From assembly GCA_026026165.1 (NCBI GenBank), contig JAPEUD010000031.1, positions 62,001 through 126,000 on the forward strand: a stretch of DNA of 64,000 bases, written 5' to 3'. The stretch comes from Sarea resinae (lineage: Eukaryota). Numbering within the stretch: position 1 is the stretch's first letter; each line of letters opens with the position of its first letter. The translations under genes and the position numbers were made by a program. The notes below the pieces were generated by a model. That model did no database searches. It worked only from the letters and a program-made list of their open reading frames with translations, and was not told the origin of the DNA. Below are positions 11,750 through 25,307 of the stretch, in pieces.

Positions 11750-14700
11750 CTAAGCTGCTTTGGCAGCATGACTGTGGCTGTGGCCATGACCATGATCATG
11801 ATGGTCATGTCCACCGCATCCACTACCGCATCCCGCACCCTCCTCTTTCCCACTCCCGCTACCACTACCACTACCACATCCACCACTACCACAGTTCCCG
11901 CAGCCCCCGCTACATCCCCGAGGCGCATGAATGTACTCATGCATCTCGCGCAGATTGCGCTCGCGAATGACGGCCACGCACCGGTCGCACAGCGCCTTGT
12001 CCGGGTCGAGATCGGCCAGGTCGCCGTCCGAGGCGTATCGCCAGCACCGAGGACATTTGGCGCCGGAGGGGGGGAGGACGAGGATGGTGCCTTTGGTGTC
12101 GGTTTCGGTGTTATTTACAATTTCATTGGTGGTGGAGGGGGTGCTGGGAGAGGATGGGGGAAGGGCAAAGGAGGCGGTGTAGGACCATGCGTGCTCTGCG
12201 TGCTCTGCGGGGACTGTGGGAGAGGTCGGGATGGCGGCGAGTTCGGACAGTGCCTCGGGCCCCGCGAGCCGGACGTTCGAGACCACGAACAGGCTCTCCA
12301 GGTCTGGGAGATAGCGCTCGAACAGGCTGCGGGCGGCGGACGCGGCCGAGCCCTCGGGCAGCACGACCACGACGTCGGACCCCAGACTCGACCCGAGCTT
12401 CTTGTCCGCGCGCGCCTGCTCCTGCGCCGCCTTGACTGCGGTGTTGGCGGCCGAGAGCCAGGGGAGGTCGTTCTCGAGCTCGGGGTTCTGCCATTCGGTG
12501 GGCGCGCGAGGGTAGATGCGCTGTAGGGGCGTTTGGGAGGCTGTTTGGAGCGCCGCTGGCGTGTAGGCCCACGCTTCTTCGACGAGGAGGGGCGTCACGG
12601 GTGCGAGCATTGCTTGCAGGTGTTCGTAGATGTGGGCCAGGACCGTCTGCGCCGCCAGTCGGGAGAGGGAGTGCGGCGAGTCGGCGTAGAGGCGGTCTTT
12701 GAGTGTTTCGATGTAGAAGGCCGAGAGGTCGATGTTAATGTACTTTGTCAGTGCGTTGATGGCTACAGATATAAAGTTAGCATGACCAGAGACCACCATT
12801 TTCGATGGTAAAGTGAAACATGCCTTTGTAGAATTCATAGTTTTGATATGCATCCAACACCGCGTTAATCACGTGGGAGAGCTGCAGCAACGCCATCTGG
12901 TCGATCTTCGTGAGATCCTTGTAGGCGACCGCGAGTTTTGGATCCCAGTCCTCGAGAGCGCCGAGCAGGAGCTTCATCGTCACCCGGAATTTGTGCATGC
13001 TGGTGCTGACCGCTTTGAGAACAGGCTGGCCGATCACGACGTCCCGCGTGTAATCGCTGCTAGCGACCCATAGTCGCAGCGCATCCGGGCCTAGGCCGTC
13101 GTACATTGGCTTGTCCGTTTTCGGCTGGCCCTTGATTTTTTTCTTTTTCATGGGCGGAAGCAAAGTGCCGCTCATGATCTCGTCGGGCGATATGACATTG
13201 CCTAGGGACTTGCTCATTTTCTTGCCGGCTTGGTCGAGCGTAAATCCGTGGGTGATCAAGTTCTTATACGGCGCCGAGGATCCGGATGGAGTCGATTGAC
13301 CGCTCTGGTGTGCGACGTGCGTGAGCAGACTGGACTGAAACCAACCACGGTGCTGGTCGGTGCCTTCTAGATACACGTCCGCGAGAGCTTCGCCAGGACC
13401 TTTCGCCTGCAGTTGTGTCCAGCTGGTGCCGCTGTCAAACCAGACATCCATGGTGTCCCTGCCTCGCCGGTAGATGCTCTTTCCGGATGCCTCAAGAAGC
13501 TCTGGAGGAGTCCAAGCAGAGTCCTCGTCGGCGTCTGTCCACCACGCGTCAATGCCACGCTCGTCGATCACTTTCATAATGTGGCCGACACTTGCGTTTG
13601 TCAAAACTGCGGCACCGGTCTCCGTATGATACAACGCCGGGATAGGAACGCCCCACGCTCGCTGTCGAGAGATGCACCACTCGCTTCTGCCCTTGACGAA
13701 GCTTTCCAATCGAGCCTTTCCGGTCTCTGGGATGAACCGAACCTTGGCTAGAGCTTCGAGAGCGGGGCTCTTGATCCCTTGCACATCAGCAAACCACTGC
13801 TCGGTCGCCCGAACGATGACTGGCTGTTTGGAACGCCAGTCGTATGGATATTTATGCTTGTAGTTGTGCTTCGCAAGCAAAAGTCTAACCGAATCAATGT
13901 ATTTGATGACTTCCTTGTTACCCTCCTTCTGGACCTCCTTGCCCCGTAGAGTTTCCGGACTGTCCGGCATGGCTTCTTTGGTGAAACGACCTTCATCATC
14001 GACGGGTGCAAATGCCGCAATGCCTTGTTTGGTACACATTTCGTAGTCTTCCATTCCATGACCGGGCGCGCAATGCACAAGTCCCGAGCCAGAGTCGGCA
14101 GATACAAAGTCTGCATGGAGAATTTTCTGCGATGGTGAGCATGCTCCTCGGATGATATTGATGTACTCCGTGGTGCCAGCAATATCCGCTCCGGTAACTG
14201 TGTCTACTACGACCTGCGGCTCAACACCACCGAAACAGACGTCAAATACGTATGGTACCCTCGACTTGGCAAGCAATAGCTGGCCGTACTCGGGTGCTTC
14301 CACAATTGAGTATTCGAGGTCCGAATGGACTGCGATTGCTCGATTGGCAGGTAACGTCCATGGAGTGGTAGTCCATATCACAGCACCAAGCCTCTCCATA
14401 TCGACTCCTGGGTGAGACGCCAGTCCTAGAGAGAGTTTGGTGATTGGGAATTTCACAAATGCTGCGGTGGATATATGGTCGTCTTTGTACTCTAGCTCTG
14501 CTTCTGCCAGAGCAGAGCCGGAAGAAGGAGACCAGTACACAGGTTTGAATCGACGATAAATCAAGCCTGCCATCGATCAGTTTGGGATTTAACGTGCTCC
14601 TGCTGTGACCATACCATTCTCGACCATCTCTTTGAATATTCCTAATTGTCTTGTCTCGAACGTCTTGTCCATTGTTTGGTAGGCATTCTCCCAGTCGCCC

Positions 14701-15176
14701 ATGATGGCCCACTGCCTAAAGCCGCTCTTCTGCTCCTCCACCGTCTTTGCTGCCAGCTCCCTCGCAGCCTTCCTGACTGCTACTGCGCCTAGCCTCTTGC
14801 TCCCTGCTACGCCGCCCTCGAGTCCTTTCTGCAATTGGAGAGCCTTCTGCTCGATTGGAAGGCCATGGCAATCCCACCCGGGCACATAGTGTACCCTCTT
14901 TCCCTGCCCAAGTTGGAATCGACAGATGATGTCCTTGAGGATCTTGTTGAGCGCATGCCCGACGTGTAGGCTACCGTTCGCGTATGGAGGTCCATCGTGA
15001 AGTGTGAAGGGATTGTCTTCAGGCCTTTCGCGACGCTGCCAGGCGTAGAGGTCATCGGTGCATCGCGCGAGGTAGATGGCTTGGTTGGCTGGAGATACCC
15101 GCGCAGGAAATGACGACTTGGGCAATTGAAGAGTGGCGGACCATGAGGATAGAAGAGGTCGAGTCGGAGCCGGCAT
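11750..15176 (-). CDS. ISM1: Isoleucyl-tRNA synthetase, mitochondrial/bacterial type, 3 exons
   Basis: HDGPPYANGSLHVGH (HIGH), PGWDCHGLPIE, WTTTPWTLPAN, WCISRQRAWGVPIP, EGTDQHRGWFQSSL, KMSKS, C-terminal CPRCW...CDRC zinc finger. Confidence 0.95.
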
Positions 15177-15643
15177 TCTCTATTGCTGGCATACTGAGCC
15201 AATACCTGAACAAAAAGCTCGACGATGGCAAGAATCTCAAATTCGTTCCATCCGATACTTTTGCAGCTACACTATGATGTACTGCGCAGTACATCGAGGG
15301 TCCGGACTTGAACGGATTTAAGCGAGCGCATCACTCCAACTCGTGATATTGACGGGATAACACTAAAAGCATCAGAAACGGCCACTCGATTAGACCTTAC
15401 ATTACAGAATCAACCACGTCAATCTGTGTGTAGCTCGGAACCAATTGTTAATAGAGTCGAATCTGCATCAATATCTACGTATTCCATATTGCAAAACTGG
15501 AAAGTGGACTATGGACTCACTAATCTCTTTTGTGACTCTCTTCAGATCAACATCAGCTTCATTTGCCGAGGGTATATAGGATGTATATCTAAACAATCCA
15601 GAAATGCTGAACAAATCAAACGCTGAACATCCGACGCCGAAAA

Positions 15644-17299
15644 TCAAAAGACGGTCAGACAGCTGACCGCTCCGTTCTTGAGTACTTCAAATACCAACCC
15701 AGGGAAGCCGAACAGCTCCGTGTTGCCCAATCCTTGTTCACCCATGGCAGCTGCGTCTCCGTTCTCTTTTCTCTTGCCGCCCAAGCTCTCTTCCCAACCG
15801 CCAAGCAATTCACAGCTGCTGCCAGGGCTATCTCCCCATCCCCGGTTCAGGACCATTCCTCTTTGGAGAGATCGCTCCTCCTCTTCGCTGCTGTATGCAC
15901 TCTTCCAGATCTCCCGTAGACGGCCTGCAATGTCTTCAAAGGCCATCTCGGAGCTTACAGGCTCTGGGTGTACGCCAGAGGCGTCGTATTCGAGGGTCCA
16001 TCTGCTGCGGCGATGGCGGTTGAACGGATAAGACCCAGGAATGTTCGCGTGAAGAAGCAGCTTAGTGGCTGTCAGATGGCTGGTACTCCCTTGTACGCTG
16101 GCTTTCTCAGGACTAGGAGCCGTTGAGTCGGGACTGGACCCTGGCGGAGCGGGAGACGGGCAGGTCGGTTGCGAGATGAAGATATCAAAGCCATGATGGA
16201 AATAATTGAAGAAGCATTCCGAAGATGACATTGCTCGGTGGTCAGCGGCTGAAATGGCATGTGCTTCGTCGTCCGAGTCGTCAGTTCCCGTTTGAGACGA
16301 GGAAAGATCGGTATCGGTGGAGTCGCGCCGGGCCGAGGAGAGGCCACTGGACCGTCGGCTGTCATCTCCTCCGACGGTGCGAGTCCGGTGTATGTTAAGT
16401 CTTCGATCGTTCTTCTGATATACCGCATCGGGTGGCCCAAGCTCAGCGATGAGGTCTTGCGGGGTCGTTTCGCTCAAGACAATCCAGAATGGCGGGGCAG
16501 TTCTACGTAACAGCTCGATTCGGCCTTCTCCATGGATCCTGACTTGTTCTATCTCGTCCGGACCTCCGTCCTTGGCTTTCCCGGCGAGTGCAATCGATCT
16601 CGGATGCTGCGGCTGCCGTGTGTACAGATGTGATCGGGCGTCGGCCCATGAAGAGCCGTCGAAAATGGCCATCGAAGTGGCCGGCGATGCTGCCTGAGAC
16701 GAGAGGAGGGACACAAAGTCGACATTATCCGACCAGGCCGAAGCAAGTAACGGAAACGAAAAGGCGATACCGGGGTATGAGAGCACATAGGTGCCCTGCG
16801 CTGATCCGTCGTCTCTGTGCGAGGGCGGCATGTATTCGCCAGGGAAGGCCGGGCCAAACAGTCGATTGTAGACATGTCGGAAAGTCGGCCCATTTGGACC
16901 AGCTGGAGTATCTAGAGTGAGAGCCCTCGGATTCGCCGCCGGCTTGACTATATCGCTGTTCTTATAGCTCAGCTTGCTCTTGGCGAAATCGAGAACCTCT
17001 ATCAGCCGGAGCCGCTGATCTGGTCCATCGAATCGCAAACGCAACCCATTTTCGGGTAGGCTGAGAAGAACAGGCGTTTCTATGGGCTGTGACGGCGAAT
17101 ACGAGAGATCGAGCTTTGGGAAGATTTGCGGTTGGGCTTTGAGGCGCGTCAAGACATCGTGGAGAGAGGCTCCGAGAGCTACAGTGGGGTAGGTATTAGC
17201 GGATCGCGCTCCTCAAGGCTGACGAGTGAAATCATGCTTACTTAGAAAGCCTAGGCCCTTGTTCGGATACACTTGTGCCGTCAGAAGAGGTGAAGCCAT
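15644..17299 (-). CDS. UPF0183 / PHAF1 (C16orf70)-family protein, 2 exons
   Basis: Exon 1 MASPLLTAQVYPNKGLGFL, intron ~17180-17241, then LGASLHDVL...GLRLRFDGPDQRLRLIEV, TPQDLIAELGPP, FFNYFHHGFDI, LHANIPGSYPFN, LFGFPGLVFEVLKNG. Confidence 0.85.
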
Positions 17300-18076
17300 T
17301 TATAGACAGAAGAGACCGTCGTGATGGAACAAACGAGTGTTCAGCAGCTTGGAAGCTCCGGGACAGCTATTGATATGGATCTCGTAACAGGGCGAGGATT
17401 GTCCGTCTGATACGGTCAGGTACTTACACGTGCACCGTTCACGGGATGCTCGTCATCATTACAGAGAAGCAATATGCGTATCCAACAGAGAGATAGAAGC
17501 AGATAAATGTCAACTTGGATGAAGTAGTGTAATAGACGATAATGATCTCTAGATGCTGTTCAAGCTTCTCGGTATGACATGACGTGAGCAGGTCAGGTAG
17601 GTGGAAGGAGAAGGTATGGATCCTCCAATGGCCCTTCCTTATCTTGATGCCCCGCGATGTACGCTGTACGGCATCGCGCAGAAGCGCCTTGCGCAGTTTG
17701 ATAGTTGCATCTTCTCGTCGTCTGACGTAGTGTACTGAGTACAGCGTACTTCGTGCTCCACAATGCCCCAGTGCTGACATGTACCCCGCCCAGTCTCAGA
17801 AATCCGACCCGACGACGTTCTTTCCGTGTTTGTTTTGATTTTCCCAGACCAATCCCGACCCTGGTCATCGACATGCACGTCCTCCACCATCCACCGTCCG
17901 CCCTCCACCATCTACTCCAGACCACTCTACCATAAACATCACCATCATCGCAAAGGCAGGCCCATTCTCAGGCCCTTTGGACTACAGTCATTGCATCGCC
18001 TCTGAACAATTCACGTCGAGATCGTCAACGGAATACGACGATACTCGTCCAGTGCGAAAGACAACCTCTCTTTTGC

Positions 18077-21000
18077 ATGGCCGGCATCCCACGGCCGACC
18101 GCGACCATGCCTCCTAAGAAACAGCCGATGCGCCCGCCAAATGGGAGATTTGCGTCCTCAAGGCCACAGCTGCTGAACACGTCATCGAGTTCCCGCTACC
18201 ATGTAGGCATTTCATCCCCAACAAACTCCGTTGCTTCAATGGCAACAAGTGCGTCGCGAAACCAATCACCCCGGGTACAGAATGGCGCATTAAAACGCAA
18301 GGAACGTGAATGCGAGGAAGAGAGCCATAACGAGGAGACCAACATACACGTCGTAGTCCGATGTCGCGGACGCAACGACCGAGAAGTACGAGAGAATAGC
18401 GGAGTCGTGGTGTCAACGGCGGGCGTCAAAGGAAAGAGCGTCGAGCTGTCAATGGGCCCAAGTGCGCTGAGCAATAAAACGTACCATTTCGACAAGGTCT
18501 TCTCACCTGCGGCCGACCAGGCCATGATTTATGAGGATGTCGTCACGCCAATCCTAGATGAGGTATGTTGAGATTTGCGATTGAAGGGACCATGTTGCTG
18601 ATTCGTCGGGCCCAGATGCTTCAAGGCTTCAATTGTACCATCTTTGCCTACGGCCAGACGGGAACTGGGAAGACTTACACAATGTCTGGAGACATGTCAG
18701 ATACGCTGGGACTCCTCTCCGACGCCGCTGGTATCATCCCCCGGGTTCTGTATGCGCTGTTCAACAGACTGGAGGTGGAGGAAGCCGAGAGCTCGGTGAA
18801 ATGCTCATTTATTGAGCTATACAACGAAGAACTCCGTGATCTTCTTTCTGCGGAAGAGCATGCAAAACTCAAGATTTTTGACGACAGCAAGATCAAAGGC
18901 CATAGTACGACTGTCGTCCAAGGCATGGAAGAGTCGCACATCAAATCGGCAAGCGCCGGCATCAAGTTACTACAGGACGGCAGCTACAAACGCCAAGTGG
19001 CCGCAACAAAGTGCAATGATCTCAGTTCCCGCAGTCATACCGTCTTCACAATCACGGTCTACACGAAGCGTACCGCGGAGAATGGAGAAGATTATGTGAG
19101 CGCGGGCAAGCTCAACCTCGTCGATCTGGCAGGTAGCGAAAACATCCAGAGAAGTGGCGCAGAAAACAAACGTGCTACCGAAGCAGGCCTTATCAACAAG
19201 AGCTTGCTTACGTTGGGAAGAGTGATCAACGCTCTTGTGGATAAAGGCTCACACATTCCATACAGGTGATTTGATCCCCTGAGACTTGGTTCGATCTACA
19301 CTAACCACGAACAGAGAGTCAAAACTCACTCGCCTTCTCCAAGACTCCCTTGGAGGACGTACAAAAACTTGCATCATTGCCACCGTCTCGCCAGCCAAGA
19401 GTAATCTCGAAGAGACGATTTCAACTCTGGACTACGCTTTTCGGGCGAAGAACATCCGAAACAAACCCCAGATGAATCAAATGATTTCGAAGAAGACGCT
19501 TCTCAGAGAATTCACGGCGGAAATCGAGAAGCTCAAGATGGAGCTGATTGCCACCCGGCAAAGGAATGGCGTCTACCTCAGCAACGAAAACTTCGAGGAA
19601 ATCACGGGAGAGAGCGAATCTCGGCGTATCCTTACGGAAGAGCAGAAAGTCAAGATTGAAACGATGGAAGCCAGTCTTCGAAACAAAGTCCAGGAGCTGT
19701 TTTCTCTCACCAGCAACTTCAACAACCTGAAAAAGGACAATGAAGGTACCAAGGCCGTTCTTGGAGAGACCAAGGGGTTACTGGAAAAAACCGAGTTTGT
19801 TCTCGCGAATACCAGGCAAAATCTGGCCGAGGAGGCCATGCTCCGCAGGGCTCACGAAAGTACCGAGGAGGAGCTAAACACCATCGGCAGCGAACTGATC
19901 TCTACCCTCGGAAAGACCGTGACCGACGTCGGAGGTCTCCAGGCAAAGTTGCGTCGGCGATCGGACTTGCAGGCTCTGAACCGTAGCGGATGGAAGTCGT
20001 CTCAGTCGCAAGTCTCGGAGATCACTCAGCTCGTTGAGATGCGCGTGGAGGAACTCAAGTCTCAACAGGAGGGCTTGATGAATGGCTTGTCCGCCCGTAT
20101 GCAGGGGTTCGTCCAAGAAGAGCTGAACAAACTCGAGACGAGTAAATCATTCCTGGAGGAGAAAGTCCAAGCATTCAGCACATCCGAGAGCGAGGTCAAT
20201 GAACAGACTTCGAAGGCGAAGGATGACATGAACGAGGTATTGGAGGAGATCAAAGTCTTGCGCGAGGATGTTCAGCAAAAGGTCGGCGAAGGGCTCAACG
20301 GGCTCTCGGCGGCGGCAGAGCGTATTTCGGCTGAAGTTATCAGTGAACTTGACGGTTTTCACACGCAACTTCACATGTCATACAGCACGCTCGGCAAAGA
20401 CTTTCGAAGCATTTTCGACGACTTGGTGAAGAACCTGCGCTCCCAGAAACTTGAAATTGCTGAGTTGAGTTCCCAACTCTCTGCGGCAGGATCGGCAGCA
20501 ATGCAGGCCAACGCATCAGCTTCATCTCACTTGGAGAGAGTCTTGAACGAAGAAAAGGCACACGCCGCCAAAGAAAGGAAGAATTTACTCGCACAGATTA
20601 CCTCGCTGGTCACCGCCTCTGGAGAAGCGCAGGATGCTAGACTGACGTCGAAGATTGACAGCGTCAAAGAGGGTATCGCCGCATCTACAGAGTCGTATGA
20701 AGAGGCTGAAGGTAAATACAGCAAGGGAATCATGGCTTGGTGTGGCAAAGAAGATGAAGCGGTGGAAGAGGTTTTGAAGGCCAGGGAGACCCTGAAGAAT
20801 AAATTGAAGACTGACTGGACGGTTTGTTACCCCTCGAACGAACATTTGATTGTTCTAACAGTTGACAGATCGCCAACGAGCACAACACCTCCATCGGCAC
20901 GGCCACCAAAGCCGTCCACCAGGAGACCATCCGCATAGTTGACAATCAAATGGAGGACATCACCACGCAAATGGCGGCTTTGGACGAATTTGTAGCCCGA

Positions 21001-21948
21001 GCTCGCGCCCAGAACGGTCTACACCACAAATCGCATGTTTCGTCGCTGGCGAACCTAGGCATCAACGTCCGTGCCTCTTACGACAGCATCGGCGCCCATT
21101 TCACCACCACCTACGACCGTATTCGTGAAGTGGGGACCGATGTCGCGGCAAAGACCGCTGCCATGTCAGCTACCCTGCCTCCTTTGGACACGAACGTCCG
21201 AGAACCTCTCGAGGGGCTCAGGAGGACGATTTTGAACACGCGGCTGGAGGAATACGAGCCTACGGGCGACACTCCGCAGAAGATCCAATACCGTTATCCA
21301 ACAACCCTCCCGCGCACAGAGACGCACGAGTTGCTTCTGTCAAAACTGCGCAATCCACCTCTCAATGCTAAATCTCCCGAGTCAGTTCAGAGTGAAGACT
21401 ACCCCATGACCGAAGACTTAGAGACCGTCTCAGAGATACTACCAGTCTCGCCCACCAAAAACCTCATCTTTACCGATAGCAAGGACGACGATGACACCGC
21501 CACCGCCGCGCCTCTCCCACAACAACCCTCCGCGGACGGACGACCGATGGCAAAACCGCGTCGGACGATCAGCAGCACTCGGGCCGCGTCCGCGGCATCC
21601 AGCTACGCCACCGCCGCCACCAATTCGTCCTCTGACTCGAAATCCTCATCCTCAACCTCGGAACGAAATGGCTTCGGCTTCAACAGTCTCCGTGAAATCG
21701 ACGTCAATGTCCAGGACAGCAGCAACCCTTTCCCCTCGACGGCGTTCTCGCGCTCGCTATCGGCATCCGCCCTGTTGGGTGGTGCACCTATGACCGGCGC
21801 GGCGGCGGCGAAATGGGGTACCAAGGACAAGGAGAAGGACGCGAAGGATGGTATCAAGGACAAGAAGGACAGGGACATGCAGCCCCCACCGCTGAAACGG
21901 AGGCTCAGGAGTTCGCCGCTCGTTTCCTCGCTGTCGAATGGTATATAA
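18077..21948 (+). CDS. bimC: Kinesin-5 (BimC/Eg5), multi-exon
   Basis: Motor motifs [49 protein letters not shown]; coiled-coil stalk; BimC box PTGDTPQK. Confidence 0.95.
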
Positions 21949-22673
21949 TGTCATGGTGTGGTGATGGCAGTGATTCATTGGATTGGATGGCTTGGCTTGG
22001 CATTGCATGGATGTCCTCTGTTCTCAGTACTTTTTTTCCTGTTACCAAATGACCTCATGCCCGGACTTCTTGTTTTTGGGGCAGGAGGCGGGGGGCGCGT
22101 GGGAGAAGGCGTTTCTGGGACCGGACCGGATCGGGGGTCCTTTGTTTTTCTCTTCCCTTTTTCTCTTCTCGGGACTGTGGCGTGCATCGTTGGTCGGGCT
22201 TGGGTAGACCGTCTGGTCGATGTTCCGTGTTTGTAACTTTTATTGCTTAGATCGGATCGGGGTCGGATCGGGCCGGGTTGAATCGTATCACAACTGACTT
22301 GTTTGATCTGGTTTGATTTGGGATGGCTCCTTTTGCTTTGATTCCAACTAGGTCAGGTCGGCTCGGTCTTGCTTTGTTTCCCTCGATGCCAGTGCAGCTG
22401 TGATGTCTATATCTCTAAATATATGTGTTGAGTACCGTTATTGTTGCGTGATGCGTAATGAATAGGTTGAATAGCTATGCGTCATGGAAAGAATGAGTGA
22501 ATAGGTGACTGGATGGACGGATGGATGGATGTGAGGATATGTTGAAGGTAAATTGAATATGAATGAATGAATGAACGAACGATTGAATGGTTAGGTGCTT
22601 GATCGTTGCCAGAGATGTTTCGCCCGAGTCGTCGTGGCTTGGTGGGGAGGTACGTATGATACCGGCTGGATAA

Positions 22674-22744
22674 GGGGGTCAGGGGTCAGGGGTCAGGGGT
22701 TAGGGGTTAGGGGCAAAGGCTAGGGGGCTAGGGGAGGCGTGGGG
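22674..22744 (+). repeat. G-rich 7-bp tandem repeat (GGGGTCA)3(GGGGTTA)2 plus degenerate copies
   Basis: Read directly; lies in a microsatellite-rich spacer (GAAT, GGAT, GAGAT runs) between convergent genes. Confidence 0.85.
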
Positions 22745-23277
22745 TCTGCTCTTTTGGCATATCGTTTCCAGTACTGTTTGTATCTTTGTCGGATGGGCTG
22801 AGAAATAGCTTGAGGAAGAGCTATGAGCCATGACTAGCCATATTTGATGTAGGCGAAGCGGTGGGATGGGATGAGATGAAATGAGACGAGAAGATGAGAT
22901 AGGATGAGATGGGAAGCACATCGGTGAGGCCGGTACAGTTTGAATTCCACGGGACCAGGATTGAACGACTGGATGAATGAATGAACGAGTATTAGAGCGG
23001 TATGGGTGTTATGAGTGTTGGGGTCCGGATGAGTCTATTGGATTGGATATGACCACAAGCATGGGATGTAGACATGTACCCCGAGCATGTGAACTCGCGG
23101 TTTTGCGGGTGTACGGGTATATAGAAACGAGGAACGCCTTTGGAAGGGATTGGAGGGACAAGGTTGATGGATGAGGGTATGAGAAATGGATGGGGGAGAT
23201 GAAGTGAGAGGGGAAGCGAGGATATTGGGATAGAATGGAGAGAGAGAGAGAGCCAGAAAATCGAAAATCAATGACGA

Positions 23278-24450
23278 TCATGAGGCGTCCTCCGCGTTGG
23301 CTTGTGATTGCGATTGTGACCGTGACTGTGACTGTGACTGTAAGTGCTCCAGTGATTGTGGTTGTGGCTGTTGTTGCGACTGTACAGGAGATGTAGTTCT
23401 GTCGTCGTCTCTCGGTCCCTTTGTCTCCTGGCCATCTTTCTCGGTGACGATGTCATCACCACCACCGCCGCCACTACCAAGGACCTCTTCCTCCTGACTG
23501 CGATTCCCAGCATCCGCATCCGCATCCACATTCACATTCGCACTCATATCGCCAGCCTCAACAACCCTCCTCAGCTCACTGATCCTGTCCCCAAAGTTCT
23601 TGACTAACATCTCCATATCCACGCCCTCGCCCTCACCCTCCTGTTCTAAGCCCCGTAGATCCACACCCTCGGTCCCTTCGATCCGTAACATCAGGCCGCC
23701 GACTCCGAGGCCACCGTGAGCGTCGGCGACTTCGCTCTCGGCTTCGCTCCAGGTGGGAGCGGGTGTTATTTCTGCGTTCAGGATCGCCCAGTCGGCAGAG
23801 AGGGAATGTGCGCTTGCTATGGTAAGGCTGGGCGTTGTTGTAGTTGGGGCTGTGGTGGTGGCTAATGGAGCAGGAGGGGGAGGCATGGCGGCGTAAGAGG
23901 ATGAGGTGGATGCTGGCTGTTCTGGTTGTTGCTGCTGTTGTTGTTCGTGAGAGGCGAGCGAGGAAGGTGCCAGTGTGAGGAGGATGTAGCGTTCGGGCAC
24001 GTCGGGATTCGCAGGTGGAGGTAGAATAGACTCGACTGGTAGGAGGTCGTGCGGGGGTTGCGCTGGCGGTGGGTAAGAATGAGGATCTTGAGGATCCTGG
24101 GGATAGTCTGAGGGTTCGTGTTGCACATTTGGAGTCAGATCCGGATGTGCGGTTGGATTCGGGTTCAGTGCGCGTAGGCTCGCGGCCGTGACGACGTCGC
24201 TGGCAAAGGCATCGTCTGAGAAAAGGTAGTGCACCGTGGGGTGGTGGTGTGTTTGGGAGGTACTGTCTGTGATGAGGGTGAAGAATGGATTGAAGACGGC
24301 TCTTTGTTGCTGATCCTGGTCATTTTGGGAGAAGTGTTGCTGGTCTGATTCTTGTAGCTGGGACGAGTGGGTTGGATCGGGAGTGGACGGAGACACGGTG
24401 GGTTGTGGAGGGGAGGAAGGGAAGTTGGGTGAGAGAGCTGGGTTCGACAT
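23278..24450 (-). CDS. Low-complexity protein with Atg31-like conserved blocks
   Basis: Single 390-aa ORF with blocks PFFTLITD, HPTVHYLFSDD, ERYILLTL, AHSLSADWAI, LMLRIEG and helix MEMLVKNFGDRISELRRVV. Confidence 0.6.
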   Translation of the reverse strand: MSNPALSPNFPSSPPQPTVSPSTPDPTHSSQLQESDQQHFSQNDQDQQQRAVFNPFFTLITDSTSQTHHHPTVHYLFSDDAFASDVVTAASLRALNPNPTAHPDLTPNVQHEPSDYPQDPQDPHSYPPPAQPPHDLLPVESILPPPANPDVPERYILLTLAPSSLASHEQQQQQQPEQPASTSSSYAAMPPPPAPLATTTAPTTTTPSLTIASAHSLSADWAILNAEITPAPTWSEAESEVADAHGGLGVGGLMLRIEGTEGVDLRGLEQEGEGEGVDMEMLVKNFGDRISELRRVVEAGDMSANVNVDADADAGNRSQEEEVLGSGGGGGDDIVTEKDGQETKGPRDDDRTTSPVQSQQQPQPQSLEHLQSQSQSRSQSQSQANAEDAS

Positions 24451-24871
24451 GATGATGTTCAGCGTGTTGAGAGGATGATATATGATATAGATGTGAATGG
24501 TTGTACGTTGACGGAAAGCGAGTGAAGCTTTGGTGGCTTCAGCCTTGGAGGTAAAGGTGAAGCTCGATTGGAGCTGGAGCTGGAGCTGGTCGTGATAGTG
24601 AGCTGGTCAGTCGCGTATCGCTTATCGCCACGTGAGGCCGAGCTCTAGTCCGTTGGGCTGATCACATTTAGAAAAAGCAGACAGACTGCGAAGATCTAGG
24701 ATTTCGTGCTGTATCACTGATATCATTGATATCATTGATATCATAAGAGCATCAGATCTTTCATTTCGTCTCTAGGGCTAGGGTATCGCTGAAGCGCGCG
24801 CCAAACAATGTCATCCCCCACAACCCCAAACACCAAACGCCACGGCCCTCGGCCTCTGTAAACACAGCCGC

Positions 24872-25307
24872 CTACTCGTCGCCTTGTTTCCATTCGAATT
24901 CTGCCGCCATGGTCAATATCTTATGTTCATACCGGGAAGCCAAGACTCACTCTGCCGACACATCGGACACAGGCCCTTGGAGGAGTCCTGCTGGATCCAC
25001 GTGAGGAGGCAATGCTGCCGAAAAGTCAGTCAGTGGAGAAAGGCGGCAGCGTCACGACAATCATACCATGTGGAAAGAATGACCGCATTTCCCGATTACT
25101 GGCAAGGTCGTCAGCAGTTGGCCTTCTACCTAAAGCCTTCATCTTTCATCGGTGACAAAACATACACAGCGTGCAATCATCGCCAGGATATTTACACGTC
25201 GGGCAGGTGCCGTCGAACTGCACGCGACAGATGCCGCAGACGTCGTCCTCGGGCATGTCCCACCGCCACGAGGCCACGGCGTTCCATTGCTTGATCGTGA
25301 CTTTCAT
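24872..25307 (-). CDS. APC11: Anaphase-promoting complex subunit 11 (RING-H2), 4 exons
   Basis: MKVTIKQWNAVASWRWDMPEDDVCGICRVQFDGTCPTCKYPGDDC, GKCGHSFHM, HCLLTWI...LCPMCRQ, FEWKQGDE*. Confidence 0.95.
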
